From Spirulina sp. (lineage in GTDB: Bacteria > Cyanobacteriota > Cyanobacteriia > Phormidesmidales > Phormidesmidaceae): a stretch of 64,000 nt of DNA. The stretch is taken from NCBI GenBank assembly GCA_044070495.1, contig JBIPSI010000002.1, positions 160,001-224,000 of the forward strand. The letters run 5' to 3'. The position numbers and the translations under genes are program-made. Below, one piece after another: positions 60,503 to 64,000 of this stretch (the stretch's first letter is position 1; every line of letters starts with the position of its first letter). The notes under the pieces were generated by a model. That model worked only from the letters and a program-made list of their open reading frames with translations. It made no database searches and had not been told where the DNA came from.

Positions 60503-61738
60503 TTAGTGTAGGGTTTCGACTTGTGGCAACCCGTTGGCGTTAATCCAGGCGATGTGCTGAATGCGGCGATGGCTGGCGATGGCCCGCAGATCGTCCTGGG
60601 AGGGCACCGCCGCCAAATGCACCTCTGCCCGCACCAGGGTGGCCGAGGCCCGCAGGGTTTGGGCGTAGGTAAAGGCCGCCGCCGCCGCCTGGGGGCTAGT
60701 GGGCACCACCAGCCAATCGCAGGGGGGGGTGCTCTGGGGCAGGTGCCCGGTGGGCAGCAGAGCCTGGTGCAGCATGTCGGTATCAAACACAAAGCCAATG
60801 CCGGGGAAGCCCTTGCCCTCTGGGTTAAACACCCCCAGCAGGTGGTCGTAGCGGCCCCCTCGGCCCAGCACCTGGCAGCCCAGTTCCGGCGGACTCACCA
60901 CCTCAAACACTAGGCCCGTGTAGTAGTCGAAGGTTTGAATCAGGCTGAGGTCGAGGATCAGCGGCGGACGGTAGGCGGATTCGCCCTGGGGGGGCACCTC
61001 CCGCAGCAGCGCCACCAAGGACTTCAGCCGTTCCAAGGACTCCTGACCCGCTGGCCCCAGATCCAGGCTGCCGAGGGATTGCAGGATGTCCTCCGGTGCC
61101 CCCCGCAGGTCGAGCAGGTAGAGGGCCTGTGCCCGCTGGGCCTCGGACAAATTCAAGGTTTCCAAGGCCACTCGATCTAATTGAGCGAGGGCTTGGCGCA
61201 CCTCGGCCCGCACCGCCACGGGGAAAGGCTCCAACAGGGCGCGGGTGAGGTTCGCATCCCCTAGCAGCAGACTCCAGCCCCTCAGGTTGAGGCTGGCCAG
61301 CCCATCGGTGAGCAGCAGCAGCATTTCGGCGTCGGCCAGGGTGTCTCCGGCCCCCAGTAGCTCCACCCCCGACTGGAAAAACTCCTGCTGACTACCCCGG
61401 TGGCCCTGATCGGCCTGACGAAAAACGTTGGCGTTGTAATAAAGCCGCTGGGGGTAGGTGACCCGGCTAAGCCGACTGACCGCCGCCCGCGCAATGGAGG
61501 CCGTTAGTTCGGGCCGTAGCCCCAGGCGTGGCCCAGCGGTGTGGTGCAGTTCTATCACCGCCGCTTGGTCAATGGCACCGCCAGCCATCAGGGTATCGAG
61601 CCGCTCGATGGTGGGGGTGATGATGCGGTGGTAGCCCCAGCGTTGGAAGACCTGCTCCAGACGATCCTCAATCCAGCGCTTTTGGGCGACATCTAGGGGT
61701 AAAAGGTCGCGGGCTCCGGTGGGTGGCTGATAAACCAT
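60503..61738 (-). CDS. hisZ: ATP phosphoribosyltransferase regulatory subunit
   Basis: GARDLLP, LRPELTASIAR, EFFQSGVEL, YYTG, GGRYD. Confidence 0.92.
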   Translation of the reverse strand: MVYQPPTGARDLLPLDVAQKRWIEDRLEQVFQRWGYHRIITPTIERLDTLMAGGAIDQAAVIELHHTAGPRLGLRPELTASIARAAVSRLSRVTYPQRLYYNANVFRQADQGHRGSQQEFFQSGVELLGAGDTLADAEMLLLLTDGLASLNLRGWSLLLGDANLTRALLEPFPVAVRAEVRQALAQLDRVALETLNLSEAQRAQALYLLDLRGAPEDILQSLGSLDLGPAGQESLERLKSLVALLREVPPQGESAYRPPLILDLSLIQTFDYYTGLVFEVVSPPELGCQVLGRGGRYDHLLGVFNPEGKGFPGIGFVFDTDMLHQALLPTGHLPQSTPPCDWLVVPTSPQAAAAAFTYAQTLRASATLVRAEVHLAAVPSQDDLRAIASHRRIQHIAWINANGLPQVETLH

Positions 61739-62700
61739 TATTTTTTCTTTCCTCCAAATAGTCCCCCCAGGAAGCCGCCGCCCTTGTCCTCTGGCTTGCC
61801 CTTGGCCGGGGGTTTGCTGCGGTCGGTGGGCTTGGCCGCGCCGCCCCCGGAGGCGGTGCTGGGTGTGCTTTTTTCCAACTTAGCCTGAATCGCTTGGGCA
61901 ATCTCATCCTCGGGGTGGAGATCCAGCGCCCGTTTGGCATGAACCTTGGCCATGGTGGCCTGCCCCGCCTTGAGGTAGAGGCTAGCCAGGTAGCTGTGGC
62001 AGCGGGCACTGCTGGGATAGGCCTTGAGCGCCTCCCGCATTTCTAGCACCGCCCGACTATAGTCTCGCCCTGTTTCAAACCCCTGGGCCCGTTTGATATA
62101 GCTCTCTAAGATCGAGGCCTGGGTCTGGGGCTTGCGCGGCGGCGGGGCCGCCGAGGGCTTGGCACTGGCGGCGGGGGCCGTGGCGGTCGTACTGGTTGTC
62201 GAGGCCGGACGAGCGGCGGCGGCGGGGCCTTCGCTGGTGCGGTAGAGGTAGATCATGTTGATCTCGCTGATCTGGCCAATCACCTCTAGCACTTGGGATA
62301 GCTGCTCATACTGCTGCTCGGCAAGGGCCTTAACGGCCTGCTGATAGGCCAGATCGACCTGGGGAGCCTGAAGCAAAGTTTTGGCGGCCTCGCTGGTGAT
62401 GTCGGGTGGGGTGGAGGATCGCTTTAGCCCCTGTCCCTTCAGCTTCAGCATGAGCTGGTGCTCGGTGAATAGTTTTTCTTGGCTGAGGGCTTCGTAGGCA
62501 GGGTTGACCCACTTAGAGAGCAGTTCGTTGGCCTGCTGGGCGGCCTGATCAGAAATGCCCGAAAGACTGTCAGGATGGAGTTTGCGGGCAATGGTGAGGT
62601 AGCGCTTTCGCACCGCCCGCGCATCCGCCGTCACGGGGATACCCAGCACCGCATGGTGATCTTCAAAATCGAGTTTAAAGAGTCCAGCATCCAGTCTCAT
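61738..62700 (-). CDS. J-domain protein with TPR repeats
   Basis: ARKLHPD; C-terminal TPR-like helices. Confidence 0.88.
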   Translation of the reverse strand: MRLDAGLFKLDFEDHHAVLGIPVTADARAVRKRYLTIARKLHPDSLSGISDQAAQQANELLSKWVNPAYEALSQEKLFTEHQLMLKLKGQGLKRSSTPPDITSEAAKTLLQAPQVDLAYQQAVKALAEQQYEQLSQVLEVIGQISEINMIYLYRTSEGPAAAARPASTTSTTATAPAASAKPSAAPPPRKPQTQASILESYIKRAQGFETGRDYSRAVLEMREALKAYPSSARCHSYLASLYLKAGQATMAKVHAKRALDLHPEDEIAQAIQAKLEKSTPSTASGGGAAKPTDRSKPPAKGKPEDKGGGFLGGLFGGKKK

Positions 62701-62841
62701 ATATCCCCTATCCCTTCGCCATTACCGAGCGGCCTAAGACTTTTCCAGAGTATTCCATTTCCAGGGTTGTCTGTATCACCGATGCCCCTCGATTTCCGTT
62801 CTCCGTGGCCTCGACCCAGTTTCGCCGCCGAGGCCGACTGC

Positions 62842-64000
62842 CTAGCCCTGGTGGGTCGGCAGATGCACCAGGAATGTGGTGCCCCGATCAACGTGGCTAT
62901 GGACGACGATGGTACCGCCGCAGAGCATCAGCAACTGCTGCACGATGGACAGCCCCAGTCCGGCTCCTTCGCTGCCGTTGCTGGGGAGGTTGCGCCCCCG
63001 ATAGAAATAGTCGAAGACCTTGGGTAGATCGGTGGCGGCAATGCCGATGCCGGTGTCGCGAATTTCCAGGGCCACTGCGTCCTCGACGGGGCGGGCGGTG
63101 ACCCACACCTCACCACCGCTCTGGGTGTATTTAATGCTGTTGTTCAACAGATGAATCATGATTTGCCGCAGCCAGGCATCGGGGCAGGCCACCTTGGGCA
63201 GATCGTTGGGGATGGTGTAGGCCAGCATCACCCCCTTTTCCTCGGCCAGGGGCTGGTAGGTACTCACCACCGGGGGGACGGTTTCATCCAGGTAAACCGG
63301 AACGAGCTGGGTTTGGCTGGCGCTGGTCTCAATTTGCAGCAGGTTCAAAACACCGCTGATTAGCGCACTCTGGCGATCACACTCGTGGCTGATCATCTCC
63401 ATGTAACGCTGCCGCTGGGGGGATTTCAGGTGGGGAGAATCGAGCAGGGTAAGGGCGGTTTTGATGGTGGTTAGGGGCGTGCGCAGCTCTTGGCCCACGG
63501 TGTTGAGGAACTCGTCCTTCAGCCTGAGGGTATCGATCAGCACCTCGTTTTGGGAAGACAGGGTAGACATATCGAGGGCCTGCTGTCGGTAGGTAACCAT
63601 GGCCTGGCGCAGGTGCTCTTGCCAGCGCAATTGCCACAGCAGCCACCGATCCACCATGATTAAAACGTCCGGGTTGGATGGATTTACGGGCGGGCAGTAT
63701 CGTTCCCAGTGGCGCACCAAATCCACCAGAATGGGATGGGTTGTGCCCTGGGCACAGTACTCTACCACAGGGCGCAGGAGATCCTGCATCCCCACGACCA
63801 AACCCGGTTGAATGGAGGCGCAAACGGAGAGGTAGACCGACCGTTGGGCGGCGGCAGAGTCGCTAGCCAACACCTGGGGATGAAGTTCGACCCGGTGGAC
63901 CAGGTCGCCCTCCACCTCTGGGTCTGGATCGTCCTCTAGGGCCACCGTGGAGAGGCGCTGGAGGCGATGGGCCACCAGCAGAGTGGCAAAGGTGTCGGCC
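62842..64000 (-). CDS. Histidine-kinase-like ATPase, 5' end beyond window; H-box His replaced by Gln
   Basis: KDEFL..GQELRTPL, NSIKY, DTGIGI, GAGLGL. Confidence 0.85.
   Translation of the reverse strand, partial: ADTFATLLVAHRLQRLSTVALEDDPDPEVEGDLVHRVELHPQVLASDSAAAQRSVYLSVCASIQPGLVVGMQDLLRPVVEYCAQGTTHPILVDLVRHWERYCPPVNPSNPDVLIMVDRWLLWQLRWQEHLRQAMVTYRQQALDMSTLSSQNEVLIDTLRLKDEFLNTVGQELRTPLTTIKTALTLLDSPHLKSPQRQRYMEMISHECDRQSALISGVLNLLQIETSASQTQLVPVYLDETVPPVVSTYQPLAEEKGVMLAYTIPNDLPKVACPDAWLRQIMIHLLNNSIKYTQSGGEVWVTARPVEDAVALEIRDTGIGIAATDLPKVFDYFYRGRNLPSNGSEGAGLGLSIVQQLLMLCGGTIVVHSHVDRGTTFLVHLPTHQG

Overview
Cyanobacterial chromosomal window (filamentous Leptolyngbya/Nodosilinea-like gene content; inferred from six Uma2 genes, DUF29, DUF1400 hydrolase and the ferredoxin-hisZ-J-protein block). 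The first ~20 kb, between lpdA and a NUDIX-recF pair, is a heavily remodelled defence island built on an Ssp-type DNA phosphorothioation locus. It has a cysteine desulfurase (sspA/dndA-like), DUF4007 (sspB), an sspC-like gene whose ATPase-encoding 5' part is replaced by AT-rich DNA carrying nested MITEs, a divergent TIGR04096-type phosphorothioation-associated methyltransferase and an M15-like protein. No PAPS-reductase sspD is visible. Between sspC and sspA lies an array of small cargo genes: MNT-HEPN pairs, Uma2, DUF29, a CoiA-like nuclease, an HNH-family N-terminal domain without its nuclease, and XRE plus a MazG-like fusion. The most striking structure is that the junction between the 3' end of a lost gene and the start of sspA is present four times, separating successive cassettes, which suggests serial capture at one site. 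The remainder is mostly core genome: adenylate cyclase, a Wzx/Wzy EPS cluster with a GH9 hydrolase, comEC, nanE, photolyase, XdhC/dialkylglycine-decarboxylase-like genes, UPF0182, kinases and hisZ. Several MITEs and palindromic repeats occur, some inserted in frame in genes. No rRNA, tRNA or CRISPR array was recognised. Family calls come from motif recognition only; no searches were run.
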